IMG/VR virus record: IMGVR_UViG_3300031703_000599
Span: 1-64,000 of that record
Source: a virus
Strand: one strand, 5' to 3'
Length of the DNA stretch: 64,000 nt
The translations under genes were made by a program, and so were the position numbers. The number at the start of each line of letters is the position of its first letter. The first letter of the stretch is position 1. The notes beneath the pieces were generated by a model that worked only from the letters and a program-made list of their open reading frames with translations, ran no database searches and was not told where the DNA came from. Positions 54,847 through 64,000 of the stretch are shown here, piece after piece.

Positions 54847-55791
54847 CTACAACTGCTTCTGTTCAAACAAACTGCTAACGCTTTCTTCGTTGCTAACGCG
54901 ACGAATAGCTTCGCCAAACATTGTTGCTACACTTACAACACGTGTCTTTACGTGATTTGCTGGACATTTAAACATGATACTATCTGTTATCACTAGTTCA
55001 GTTAAGCAACTGTCTTCCACTCGTTGACACGCTTTACCCGTCAGTACGCCGTGTGTTATGTACGCCCTTACACTAAGTGCGCCCGCGTCCATAATAGCTT
55101 GTGCCGCGTTACAGAGCGTCCCACCGCTGTCGATAATGTCATCTACTAAGATGGCATGTTGTCCTTTAACTTCGCCAATTAGTCCCATTACTTCGCTTTC
55201 ACCTGCACGTGGTCGCCTCTTGTCAACAATAGCAATGTCACCGCCGAACATGTCTGCGAACTTACGTGCGCGTACTGTGCCGCCTGCGTCTGGGCTTACA
55301 AACACTGTGCCTGCTGTAGTGTCTACGTTATACTTAATGTCTTTAGCAAAGGCAATGCGCGATGTTAAATCATCAACTGGAATGTCAAAGAAACCTTGTA
55401 TTTGTCCTGCGTGTAAGTCCATTGTAAGCACTCGATGTGCGCCTGCTGTTGTTAGTAAGTCTGCAACTAACTTCGCTGTAATAGGTGTACGTGATGCGCT
55501 CTTACGGTCTTGTCGTGCATACCCAAAGTACGGAATAACTGCTGTGATACGGCTTGCACTGCTGCGTTTAGCTGCATCAATCATAATTAGAAGTTCCATT
55601 AGATTATCATTTACAGGAGTACTAGTGCTTTGAACAATAAACACATCTTCGCCTCGGATGTTCTCGTTAAATTCTACACTCGATTCGCCATCTGCGAATG
55701 TTTTAATTGTAGCTGGTACCAGTGTTGCAAAACATCTATCTGCAATTAAATTGGCCATTTCTATATTGCTGTTACCTGTGATAATCTTCAT
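54847..55791 (-). CDS. prs: ribose-phosphate pyrophosphokinase
   Basis: [39 protein letters not shown]. Confidence 0.97.
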   Translation of the reverse strand: MKIITGNSNIEMANLIADRCFATLVPATIKTFADGESSVEFNENIRGEDVFIVQSTSTPVNDNLMELLIMIDAAKRSSASRITAVIPYFGYARQDRKSASRTPITAKLVADLLTTAGAHRVLTMDLHAGQIQGFFDIPVDDLTSRIAFAKDIKYNVDTTAGTVFVSPDAGGTVRARKFADMFGGDIAIVDKRRPRAGESEVMGLIGEVKGQHAILVDDIIDSGGTLCNAAQAIMDAGALSVRAYITHGVLTGKACQRVEDSCLTELVITDSIMFKCPANHVKTRVVSVATMFGEAIRRVSNEESVSSLFEQKQL

Positions 55792-55807
55792 GCTTATTTC
55801 CTTTTTA

Positions 55808-56113
55808 TTATGTTGCAAGTTTTTCAAGAAACTGTCGTTGTTCCCATGTTTTATGCTGTTCTATATTCATTGATGCTACTACAACATACCGTGTGCGCAT
55901 CGTAGCGGCTTCCTTGTGACTGTGTATACTTAATGCCATTCCGTTATCTATAAAGAACTCACTGTCTGGGTTTTTGAGAAACTCTATCATAATAGCACGA
56001 TTGGAATAAAACTTATCAGCGTAGCCTTTGTATTGGCGATCTCTGAATTCGTCTGCTTGTACCTCAAACGTCCATATTTTGTACTGTTTTACAATCTGGG
56101 TCTGGTGATTCAT
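55808..56113 (-). CDS. hypothetical phage protein
   Basis: 101-aa ORF. Confidence 0.65.
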   Translation of the reverse strand: MNHQTQIVKQYKIWTFEVQADEFRDRQYKGYADKFYSNRAIMIEFLKNPDSEFFIDNGMALSIHSHKEAATMRTRYVVVASMNIEQHKTWEQRQFLEKLAT

Positions 56114-56138
56114 ATCATTTTCTCTTACATATTAGTTG

Positions 56139-56233
56139 TAGGAAGTGCTAGTTAACCAAGGTACAACACACTTCCACTAGCAGGTGTGTGAGGGGTTGTA
56201 ATCCAAGCGACAGCGGAAAAGAGCCACCTCCTA
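56139..56233 (-). ncRNA. putative structured intergenic RNA element
   Basis: outer stem TAGGAGGTGGCT/AGCACTTCCTA, inner TACAAC..CACAC/GTGTGTTGTA. Confidence 0.4.
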
Positions 56234-56243
56234 GATTATTAAA

Positions 56244-56423
56244 TTATAAAGATTCGTTGTCGGTTTCTTGTGTAGCTAACCATTCAAGAAACGCTGGAAT
56301 CTTTTCACATTTGTCTTCGTGTTCAGCTAACATGTCTTCTGTGTATAGCTTATTACATGCTACACATTCGTATATATCATTTTCTTTGTATACACGATGG
56401 CGTGGTGTTAGCTCTAACGACAT
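56244..56423 (-). CDS. small zinc-finger protein (not in ORF track)
   Basis: YECVAC...EHEDKC; TAATG coupling to tdk. Confidence 0.6.
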   Translation of the reverse strand: MSLELTPRHRVYKENDIYECVACNKLYTEDMLAEHEDKCEKIPAFLEWLATQETDNESL

Positions 56424-56980
56424 TATTTTCTATCCCAGTGTGCGTGACATCTAGGTTCGTATGTATCAGCGCCGCCAACATTAACTCGTCCACCTGCCTT
56501 TCTCAATCGTTGTGTCTTTCCTGCTGTATTTCCGCAAACGCTGCAAAATGATGTAATTTTATAAACACTATCTGCTAACGCGAGCATACGTGCTGTGGTA
56601 TCAAATGGTACACCGCGACTGTCTTGATCAAGCCCTGCGCATACAAAGTTAACACCTTGTCTTAATCCCTCTTCTACAAACCATAATGTTTCTTTTGAAT
56701 CAAAGAACTGAACTTCGTCAATGAATACAGTATGAAAATTGTATGGCTTAATTGTGTAGTTGTCTTTAACTAATTCTAAATCAATTACTGCTACTGCATC
56801 ATGCCTTAATTGATTGTGTGTTACTATACTGTTTGCATCATATCGGTCGTCCACTATTGGTTTAAGTACCAATGCTTTACTTCCTCCATGTTCTAAAAAA
56901 AGCAGTCGCTTTAATAGCTCACTGCTTTTTCCTGCAAACATTGGGCCAGCAATGACCTCAAGTTTACCTCTTGTGTACAT
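56423..56980 (-). CDS. tdk: thymidine kinase
   Basis: GPMFAGKS, FIDEVQFF, AGLD, CSVC...YEPRC. Confidence 0.95.
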   Translation of the reverse strand: MYTRGKLEVIAGPMFAGKSSELLKRLLFLEHGGSKALVLKPIVDDRYDANSIVTHNQLRHDAVAVIDLELVKDNYTIKPYNFHTVFIDEVQFFDSKETLWFVEEGLRQGVNFVCAGLDQDSRGVPFDTTARMLALADSVYKITSFCSVCGNTAGKTQRLRKAGGRVNVGGADTYEPRCHAHWDRK

Positions 56981-56983
56981 TAA

Positions 56984-59731
56984 TTAAAATCTCCATTTTA
57001 AGTTAACACCAGCCGTTGTAACTGTGTTGTCTGTTCCTGCATAGTTAAGACGTGCTTCTACGTGTGTCTTAACTGTTACGTTCTCTGCAATGCTAAAGTT
57101 ACGAAACAATCCAATGTCAACTTCACGCTTTGTAGCTGATAAGCTACTATCACTGCTCATGTATTCTACATCGCCTGTTGCACTAACTGTGCTAGGTGTA
57201 GTAAACGTTGCGTTTCCGTTTGTAATAGCTACTGGAACACTTGCGACAAATCCATAGTCTCCGTTTTCTGCTTGTTGTTTAATACCCAATGTTGCACTGT
57301 TGCTAATTAGGTTACTAGCTGACTCCATTAAACTGTTGCCTACATTTAACTTAGTGATACCCATTGTTGCATTTCCAAACAGTTGTGTATTTTTACCTAA
57401 GTCGTAATTAACATTGTATCCGGCATACACAGTTGTAGCGCCAGTAACATCCATTAATGGATTACTTGCAACATTGCCCAGGAATGATCCATCTTCTGCT
57501 ACCATTCCAAACATGAAGTTATCCACTGTTGTTGCAAGGCTAATGCTAGCATCGTCAACGTTAACTGCAACTGCTTCTGTATTTATAATGTGTCCGCCGC
57601 CTAGTCCAAAGTAATAGTCTGGAGCAAAGCCTGCAACTGCTGCTTGTGTTGGATCTGCTGTACGTGTGTCTGCTGTTGTTAGCATACTATTCCCATCCAT
57701 AAAGAAGTTACGATCATAATCATCAACTACCATCAAGCTTGAGATGCTTGCAATATGGGCTCCTCCGCTCATAGCAAACGCGCCACTTCCTACATTACTA
57801 CGAGCTCCTTCAATGCGTCCGCTAGTTGGAATACCAATAGCGCCTTGTGGAGTGGTTGCATTGTCTAAGTCGAGCAATCCCTGTCCGTGTACATTCACAT
57901 CATAGTTTGTAAGATTCTTGTCTGCTGTGTTCAATAGCAATTTAACAATGTTCTCACCTTTCATGTATGGCCACATCTGATGAATAATACCAACTGCGCC
58001 AGTGACTGCTGGCGCTGCCATTGATGTGCCGCTGTTTGTGCGGTACTCGCCATTTTTATCTGTGCTAGCAACATACTGACCTGGTGCCATAATGTACCAA
58101 TCACTAATACGTCGATTGCTGTTACATGCGCCTGCTTCATTGAATGAGAAGCACATAGTACCTGCTTTGTTACTAGCTGTAGCAATTGCGTCTAATCGTG
58201 TATCCCAACTTCCTACTACAATTACCTTACCGCCAAGCAACAACTCGCCCGCTTCGTTTTCAGCAATTGCATAGTGTGCTGGAAACGTTGGAGTTGCTAA
58301 TCGTTGATTGCCTGCAGCCATAACTACTACTGCTTCGTTGCCGCTCATTGAGTTAACAATAGACGGAAGCATATAGCTTGTATCAGTCATTAAGTTTGAG
58401 TAGCCTTGTGTAGCATACTGACTACGTGTATCTGTGCTACGAAACACACCTGCTTCGTTTGTTGACACGATGCTCTTCTTGTATGTACGATCTACGTTAT
58501 AGTTACCACTGACGTTAATTGCATCAGCTCCGTTGTTTACTGCCCATTCAATTCCTTTGCCCAGTACGCTCATGTCGTAATAGCCGCTGTTGGTTGCAAC
58601 CTTACCAATTAATAAGTTTGCATCATACGCGACACCTGTTGTGCCGACTCCGTCAAGTGCTGCAGCTGCAATGCCTGCTACGTGTGTTCCGTGTGAATAC
58701 TTATTCTCATCTTGTATAGTTTCCTGCCAAGCTTCGCCGTCGTATTCAGCGTTACATGCTCTCAAGAAACACTTTGATGCTAATATGCGGCCTTCAAACT
58801 CTGCATGGTCAATATCAATGCCTGTGTCAAGAATAGCTAGCGTACTACCTTTGCCTGTCCATCCGCGGGCCCATGCTGTGGGCGCATTAATAGCAGATAA
58901 GTTATTAGCACTAAGGCTTAATGATCTATTGATGTAGTCTTGGTTAATTCGACTGTTCATGTTGTGGACAGCATCACTGTATGCTTGTGTGCCAGCATAG
59001 TTAACATCGTCACGTGCTAAGTATTCGTCTACTGTTAGCACATTAGCTGTTTTAATTCCCATTCCGTCTAGTTGAGTCTCTACTACTACTTCTTCAACTA
59101 CTATAACAGGACGCTCTAATTCATACGTGCGTACAAATTCACGTTCTTCTACTTTACGTGTTGTATTTTCTGTGCGAGTAGCTTGTAATTCTGTGCTTAC
59201 AGATGTTACTGTGCTGTCATCACTAAAGTGTGTCGTAGTAAAGATTCCCTTTTGGTCTTTGTACGTAACAACAGATGTGTAAACAATTGTTACATCAAGG
59301 TATACATTTACAGTGTAATCAATTGTTTCTTCTACTACAGTTTCTGTACGTTGCGCTGTTTCTGGTGCAGCTTTTTGTTGAGTAAAGTAATTATATGTGT
59401 AAGATTTGTGTGTCTCAACTGGCTTAACAGTATCTGCGGTGATACCTGCTAATAATTGGAAACGTGCTACTTCTGCTTTGTACCACTCAAATTGTTTAAC
59501 AATAGCTTTTGCCCATGGGTAATGCCCATACTTCTCAACAAGAGGAGCAAAGTTTTTTACTGCACGTTCGTAGTTATGAACCATGCTCTTAGCAAAACTT
59601 ACTTGGCTGCTGCCAGTGAGGCCTTGTGCATATGAATAGTATGAGTAATTAGCAACAGCTGGTGTTGCTGTGCCTAGTACAACAGCTAGTGCAAACACGC
59701 GAGCTACAGTTGTAAGTAGTGATTTCTTCAT
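56984..59731 (-). CDS. S8 subtilisin-like serine protease with signal peptide and autotransporter-like beta-barrel C-terminus
   Basis: ILDTGID, HGTHVAG, AAGN, GTSMAAP; ends VNLKWRF; promoter TTGACA-N17-TATAAT at 59769-59797. Confidence 0.9.
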   Translation of the reverse strand: MKKSLLTTVARVFALAVVLGTATPAVANYSYYSYAQGLTGSSQVSFAKSMVHNYERAVKNFAPLVEKYGHYPWAKAIVKQFEWYKAEVARFQLLAGITADTVKPVETHKSYTYNYFTQQKAAPETAQRTETVVEETIDYTVNVYLDVTIVYTSVVTYKDQKGIFTTTHFSDDSTVTSVSTELQATRTENTTRKVEEREFVRTYELERPVIVVEEVVVETQLDGMGIKTANVLTVDEYLARDDVNYAGTQAYSDAVHNMNSRINQDYINRSLSLSANNLSAINAPTAWARGWTGKGSTLAILDTGIDIDHAEFEGRILASKCFLRACNAEYDGEAWQETIQDENKYSHGTHVAGIAAAALDGVGTTGVAYDANLLIGKVATNSGYYDMSVLGKGIEWAVNNGADAINVSGNYNVDRTYKKSIVSTNEAGVFRSTDTRSQYATQGYSNLMTDTSYMLPSIVNSMSGNEAVVVMAAGNQRLATPTFPAHYAIAENEAGELLLGGKVIVVGSWDTRLDAIATASNKAGTMCFSFNEAGACNSNRRISDWYIMAPGQYVASTDKNGEYRTNSGTSMAAPAVTGAVGIIHQMWPYMKGENIVKLLLNTADKNLTNYDVNVHGQGLLDLDNATTPQGAIGIPTSGRIEGARSNVGSGAFAMSGGAHIASISSLMVVDDYDRNFFMDGNSMLTTADTRTADPTQAAVAGFAPDYYFGLGGGHIINTEAVAVNVDDASISLATTVDNFMFGMVAEDGSFLGNVASNPLMDVTGATTVYAGYNVNYDLGKNTQLFGNATMGITKLNVGNSLMESASNLISNSATLGIKQQAENGDYGFVASVPVAITNGNATFTTPSTVSATGDVEYMSSDSSLSATKREVDIGLFRNFSIAENVTVKTHVEARLNYAGTDNTVTTAGVNLKWRF

Positions 59732-59811
59732 AATATGTACCTTCTTCGTTTATTAACAATATACATATATTATAGCAATAAATTGTGATGTTGTCAACCG
59801 AAATGTCTTGG

Positions 59812-60384
59812 TTATTTTGAATTATCGTGGAAAGAAAATGTCTGGCGTGTTATGCCAACATCTGTGTATTCGCTTTTTAATGTTTTCATTTCATATTCAA
59901 CACGAACTAGTAATAGGTCCTCGTTGTCAATGTTTACAAATGGTAGTTGTAGTTTATTAATGTCAAACTTATCAGCGTCTACATAACATGTAAAGAATGT
60001 GCCTTTTTGTTCCCGCATACCTTTTACATAGTATCCCAGTGGCAAATCTTTAATATGCATTGCAAATCTAGGTTCGTCTGGAACTGTGCTACTTGCATAA
60101 ACAGTGTTGTCGTTTTCATCAAATACATGCACATGTATGTGACACGGCCGAGGACCATTTGCATTTAGCAGTTGGCCTCTTTTTGATTTTATCATTCCTA
60201 AGAACAACGGATCATCATCATCATTTGCTGGATTCTTTCCATCATCTGCATATGCATTTTCAAACAAATGATCTCTTACAACTTCTCTGTCCTCGAATGT
60301 ACTCCAGAAGTTATACTGTGGTTCGTTGATACGTCTAATCCAGCAATTAGCACCGTATCCATTTATAATAATTTTGTAGCGCAT
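59812..60384 (-). CDS. hypothetical phage protein
   Basis: ATAAATA-N5-ATG start. Confidence 0.7.
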   Translation of the reverse strand: MRYKIIINGYGANCWIRRINEPQYNFWSTFEDREVVRDHLFENAYADDGKNPANDDDDPLFLGMIKSKRGQLLNANGPRPCHIHVHVFDENDNTVYASSTVPDEPRFAMHIKDLPLGYYVKGMREQKGTFFTCYVDADKFDINKLQLPFVNIDNEDLLLVRVEYEMKTLKSEYTDVGITRQTFSFHDNSK

Positions 60385-60402
60385 AATTGTATTTATTCAC
60401 TA

Positions 60403-60846
60403 TTAAATGTGTGGTGATGGGTCTTCTGATAGTTTGTCTAGGAACTTCTGTTGCTCAACTCGTTTGTTTACATCTATGCCTAATTCTTCCAGTGCAGTTG
60501 CAAATACAGTTTTATACAATTCTAGCTCGTCAATCATTGCTCCAACTTTTATACTTTTACCTTTTATTGTAATTGTTAAGTCGGTTTCGTCAAGGCCATC
60601 TTGTAGACTACTTGATGTTAATTGACCAATTGAAACATTACTAGCGGTATTTACGTTGCTGTTGCCACTAGTTATAGTAGAGGTTGCCCACGTAGCCGAA
60701 GGCGTGCCAAGGCTAACATTACTTGTCATGTTAGCACCGTTGCGTTTTTTTGATGCATCAAGATCTATTTCGTAATCACTTACGTCTGGTTTGCTGGCTG
60801 TAGTGATGCCGTCAGTTGGTGATGCCCAAGGCCAGGTGTCATCCAT
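60403..60846 (-). CDS. hypothetical Ser/Thr-rich phage protein
   Basis: 147-aa ORF coupled to the PRTase stop. Confidence 0.65.
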   Translation of the reverse strand: MDDTWPWASPTDGITTASKPDVSDYEIDLDASKKRNGANMTSNVSLGTPSATWATSTITSGNSNVNTASNVSIGQLTSSSLQDGLDETDLTITIKGKSIKVGAMIDELELYKTVFATALEELGIDVNKRVEQQKFLDKLSEDPSPHI

Positions 60847-61421
60847 TAGAAGTTACCGTAGTCGCGTTCACATTCCCATGGAAACACAATCCATGCATCG
60901 CGTTCTGATTTATCAATATCCATTGCAGTGTAATCAACTTCACCAAAATTGCTACTTGTATTATCAAGTAATGTAGCAAATCTAACATTATTGCCCCATA
61001 CTGTATCCCAATTAGAATCATTAGGAAGGCATGTACTTTGCCAATCATCTTTGATCCATTGCATTGTTTTACCGCTGTCGTTGATGTCATCAAGGATAAG
61101 AATATTTTTACGAGCGTCGATGTCTGACCGAGTAGCATCTGGATCAAATCCATCAGTGTCTTTGTCTACATAGCCAAACGCTTCCTCTGACATCCAGCAA
61201 TTACTTTCTGGGCCTTCTTCTCTTGAGATGTCTCTAAAGCGAACATCTAGTGTATGCATCGGAATGCCTGTCATGTTTGACATAATCACTGATGGAACAA
61301 GTCCGCCACGTGTAATGCCTACAATGTAATCAGGGCGCCAGTTGTCAGCGTACATTAGATTGTTTAACGTTACAATCATATGTTCCACATCTTTCCAATT
61401 ATAGTGTACTTTGTTGATCAT
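60846..61421 (-). CDS. type I phosphoribosyltransferase (xanthine/guanine PRT-like)
   Basis: IVGITRGGLVP, ILILDDINDSGKT, WIVFPWE. Confidence 0.9.
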   Translation of the reverse strand: MINKVHYNWKDVEHMIVTLNNLMYADNWRPDYIVGITRGGLVPSVIMSNMTGIPMHTLDVRFRDISREEGPESNCWMSEEAFGYVDKDTDGFDPDATRSDIDARKNILILDDINDSGKTMQWIKDDWQSTCLPNDSNWDTVWGNNVRFATLLDNTSSNFGEVDYTAMDIDKSERDAWIVFPWECERDYGNF

Positions 61422-61624
61422 TGTGTATTCTCCAAGGGTTGTGTGTATGTTACGTTCTGTGAAATTGTGCGTACTTCTAGTTGCTTTACAGTAGCTAAGT
61501 ACAGATTTGTAAAACTCATATCAATATGCACTTCGTTTTCTTGTAGTAGTTTATACGTGTTGTTAAGTGCTTGCACCTGAGTGTACAAGTTGTCTACTAA
61601 TTCTTCTACAATAGGATCTATCAT
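61418..61624 (-). CDS. hypothetical phage protein
   Basis: ATGA overlaps on both sides. Confidence 0.6.
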   Translation of the reverse strand: MIDPIVEELVDNLYTQVQALNNTYKLLQENEVHIDMSFTNLYLATVKQLEVRTISQNVTYTQPLENTQ

Positions 61625-62307
61625 CGAGGTGCAAACTCCTGTTGTAATTTAATGTTGTTAAAGAATTCAGTCTTGGTGCCTGAGTCATCTTTAAATGCAC
61701 CTTTAAGTACTGTTGTCTGTGTTAAGCTACTGTGTGCCATAATGCCGCGGTTCTCACAACACCCATGTGTTGCTTGAATGTACACACCTAAGTGTTCAGC
61801 GCCTGTGGCATTGCCTATTTCACGTGCAATATCATTTGCAAGTTCTTCTTGTAGCGTTCCACGCCTAGCGCACCATTGTGCAATACGTGTATACTTGGAC
61901 AATCCAATAAGTTTGTCTGATGCAATAATACCAATGTATGCTATGCCGCTTACTGGCTGGTGGTGATGTGAACACATACTTTTAAGTTCGCTACGTACTA
62001 CTAACATGCCATCGTATCGATCTTCGCTGTCATTTGGAAATGCAGTTGCAGTGGGCATAACGTCATAGCGTCCTGCCATTATCTCATTAAAATACATTTT
62101 AGCTAAACGCTTTGCTGTACCTTTTGAGTTGGGATCATTTTCACGATCAATCAGTAGTGCATCTAATACGCCCTCAAACGCAACAGTTGCGTCAAGTATG
62201 AGGTGTTCTTTGTCACCTGGTTCTAGTACTGCTGAAATGTTATCGCCGGCCCAGTAACGAATATTTTCTTTCTGAAGTAGGGCCTTAATATGTTCTGCTT
62301 TGCTCAA
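61621..62307 (-). CDS. folE: GTP cyclohydrolase I
   Basis: SMCSHH, GLSKYTR, LQEEL, HGCCENRG. Confidence 0.93.
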   Translation of the reverse strand: MSKAEHIKALLQKENIRYWAGDNISAVLEPGDKEHLILDATVAFEGVLDALLIDRENDPNSKGTAKRLAKMYFNEIMAGRYDVMPTATAFPNDSEDRYDGMLVVRSELKSMCSHHHQPVSGIAYIGIIASDKLIGLSKYTRIAQWCARRGTLQEELANDIAREIGNATGAEHLGVYIQATHGCCENRGIMAHSSLTQTTVLKGAFKDDSGTKTEFFNNIKLQQEFAPR

Positions 62308-62322
62308 TTTAATTCTCCGAGT

Positions 62323-63282
62323 TTAAGACGTGGATGTCTTAGTTGTTTTGCTATAATAATTATACGCTGATTTTATAATTTCGTCAAGTCCAAATTTAGG
62401 TGTCCAGTGTAACTTCTCTGTGGAAGTTACATCAGCAACTAATTTAGCAGGATCGCCTTCTCTGCGTTCTGCGTATATTGCTTGTGGCTTCAATGGAGTG
62501 TGTTCTGTTATTGCGTTAAACACCTCTTGATTACTGTAACCAGATCCGCTTCCTAGATTAAATATCTTAGCGACTGGCATTTTATACTTCTGTAAGTATG
62601 CAAACGCACAACTGATGCCATGCGCGATATCTTTAACATGTACATAATCTCTAATACATGTTCCATCTGGTGTATTGTAATCGTTGCCGTAAAATGTAAA
62701 CGGCTTGTCTTTCATTGCTGATTCCATAATACGTGCAATAATATGTGTGGCTTGTTTTTCTTGTCCTAGATTTAAATCGGCATCAGCGCCTGCAACATTA
62801 AAGAAACGAAGACTAACACTGCTTATATCATGTGCTCTCGCATAATCAGTAAGCATTATTTCAGTCATTCGCTTGCTCCACCCATATGGATTTAGAGGAG
62901 TAGAACCATCTTCAATGCGACAGACGCCGCTGTCAACTTCACCGTAACAGGCTGCTGAACTTGCAAACACAAACTGGTTAACGTTTGCTTCCTTACACGC
63001 GTCCAGCAATGCTAGAGTACCTTGTACGTTGTTTTTATAATATGTACTTGGGTCTAACATGCTTGGGCCAACTAGACTAGTTGCTGCGATATGAGCAACT
63101 CCATCAACACCTTGAAGAAGATCTTGAATGTCACTGAAGTCACGACCACTATGGAATTCATCAAAGAATGTGTGCCGTACTTCGTTTCGGTCAATGCCAA
63201 TCACATAATGTCCTCTTTCCTTGAGATAATTACATGTCTGGCTACCAATGTAGCCTGCTGCTCCTGTTACTAGTATTCTCAT
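62323..63282 (-). CDS. galE: UDP-glucose 4-epimerase
   Basis: TGAAGYIGS, PYGWSK, LRFFNVAGA, DGTCIRDYVHV, RREGDP. Confidence 0.9.
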   Translation of the reverse strand: MRILVTGAAGYIGSQTCNYLKERGHYVIGIDRNEVRHTFFDEFHSGRDFSDIQDLLQGVDGVAHIAATSLVGPSMLDPSTYYKNNVQGTLALLDACKEANVNQFVFASSAACYGEVDSGVCRIEDGSTPLNPYGWSKRMTEIMLTDYARAHDISSVSLRFFNVAGADADLNLGQEKQATHIIARIMESAMKDKPFTFYGNDYNTPDGTCIRDYVHVKDIAHGISCAFAYLQKYKMPVAKIFNLGSGSGYSNQEVFNAITEHTPLKPQAIYAERREGDPAKLVADVTSTEKLHWTPKFGLDEIIKSAYNYYSKTTKTSTS

Positions 63283-64000
63283 GTATACTTTGCCTCCGAA
63301 ACATGATCTCTGTAGCGGTTGCCACTTCGCAACCATTGTTTGCCATTTCCTTGCATAATATCAATCATACGATCAATTGTGCCATTGTTCCAATCACTTA
63401 TTTTACCCATGTTCTCGCTTGGTTTGTCTAGTCCTGCAAGGATTTTCTCCACTGCATGTTCTTTACTCCAAGGTGAATATAGGCGTGTGTGATCGTTAGC
63501 AAAGGTTTCAGGAAAACTACGATATGCAGGATAAACTACATTGCAACCTAGTGCATCTGCTTCACTGACGGTATTGGATACCCAGTCTTGCAATGCGCAA
63601 TTGAACATAACTTTCGAATCATTAACGATTTGATAGTATTGGTCCTTTTGTAGGTTTTCGTAAATTTTCAGCTTACCTTGTTTTTGCATACTTCTAGCAC
63701 GGTCAAGATACTTCTGGTTATTGCTACGTAGCGGTCCGCCGCTTAGTACTGAGAACTCAACGTCTGGGCGTTCAGCTAGTACCATTTCGATAACATCCAT
63801 ATAAAAATCTGGTTGCTTCTCTTGATCAAATCGAGCTGCAAAAGTTACACGATTACTTCTTTGATCAAATGGCTTAACGTTATTAACTCCACCAATTCTG
63901 TTTAGTACCTCATCCTTGCCGAAGCTAAGACCTGAGATATTATACAGTGGTGCAGTCCAATTTGCAATACGCATGTTAGCAACCATCTCTTCATTTGTTG
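63279..64000 (-). CDS. glycosyltransferase (GT-B/GT4-like), 5' end outside window
   Basis: FAARFDQEKQ, FNCALQD..SNTVSEADALG, P..RSFPE. Confidence 0.8.
   Translation of the reverse strand, partial: TNEEMVANMRIANWTAPLYNISGLSFGKDEVLNRIGGVNNVKPFDQRSNRVTFAARFDQEKQPDFYMDVIEMVLAERPDVEFSVLSGGPLRSNNQKYLDRARSMQKQGKLKIYENLQKDQYYQIVNDSKVMFNCALQDWVSNTVSEADALGCNVVYPAYRSFPETFANDHTRLYSPWSKEHAVEKILAGLDKPSENMGKISDWNNGTIDRMIDIMQGNGKQWLRSGNRYRDHVSEAKYT

Noticed and set aside
55058-55633. 191-aa + strand ORF and the many other antisense ORFs in the track
   Set aside because: They lie antisense to well-supported genes (here prs) and have no RBS or motifs.
1-64000. Stop-codon reassignment (alternative genetic code)
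   Set aside because: Long conserved genes are intact in code 11, TAA, TAG and TGA all end genes at coupled junctions, and no suppressor tRNA was seen.
1-64000. Integrase, transposase, intron or intein
   Set aside because: No such motifs were recognised in any ORF, and the conserved enzymes have normal lengths.

Overview
This 64 kb window is AT-rich, densely coding in genetic code 11, and looks like part of a large (jumbo, T4-like) dsDNA bacteriophage genome. The host is probably a Gram-negative aquatic bacterium; prs and metK look proteobacterial (inference). Layout: (i) 1-3.8 kb, small early genes behind three near-identical 67-bp sigma70 promoter cassettes. (ii) 3.8-29.8 kb, a 26-kb enzyme cluster with 10 radical SAM proteins carrying twitch/SPASM-type Cys motifs, five Fe(II)/2OG-type oxygenases (one KdoO-like), an amidinotransferase, a PLP enzyme, a nitroreductase, an SDR, an SGNH hydrolase, an MTA/SAH nucleosidase and two paralogous pairs of unknown proteins. 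No obvious precursor peptide is present. (iii) 30-39.9 kb, a MoxR-type AAA ATPase and VWA-metallopeptidase pair, a phosphoesterase and many small ORFs. (iv) 39.9-40.9 kb, an RNA array of three canonical tRNAs (Gly, Ser, Asn) interspersed with six non-canonical tRNA-like or structured RNAs. (v) 45.2-47.3 kb, two radical SAM cores with their twitch domains on two separate genes. (vi) 49-64 kb, nucleotide and cofactor metabolism (5'-3' exonuclease, metK, DNA methyltransferase, queE, MazG-like, prs, tdk, PRTase, folE, galE, glycosyltransferase) plus a secreted subtilase with an autotransporter-like tail. The best candidates for an undescribed system are the phage radical-SAM modification cluster (predicted late-expressed, with the split rSAM/twitch module) and the array of aberrant tRNA-like RNAs. 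All functional calls come from motif recognition by eye; no database searches were run.
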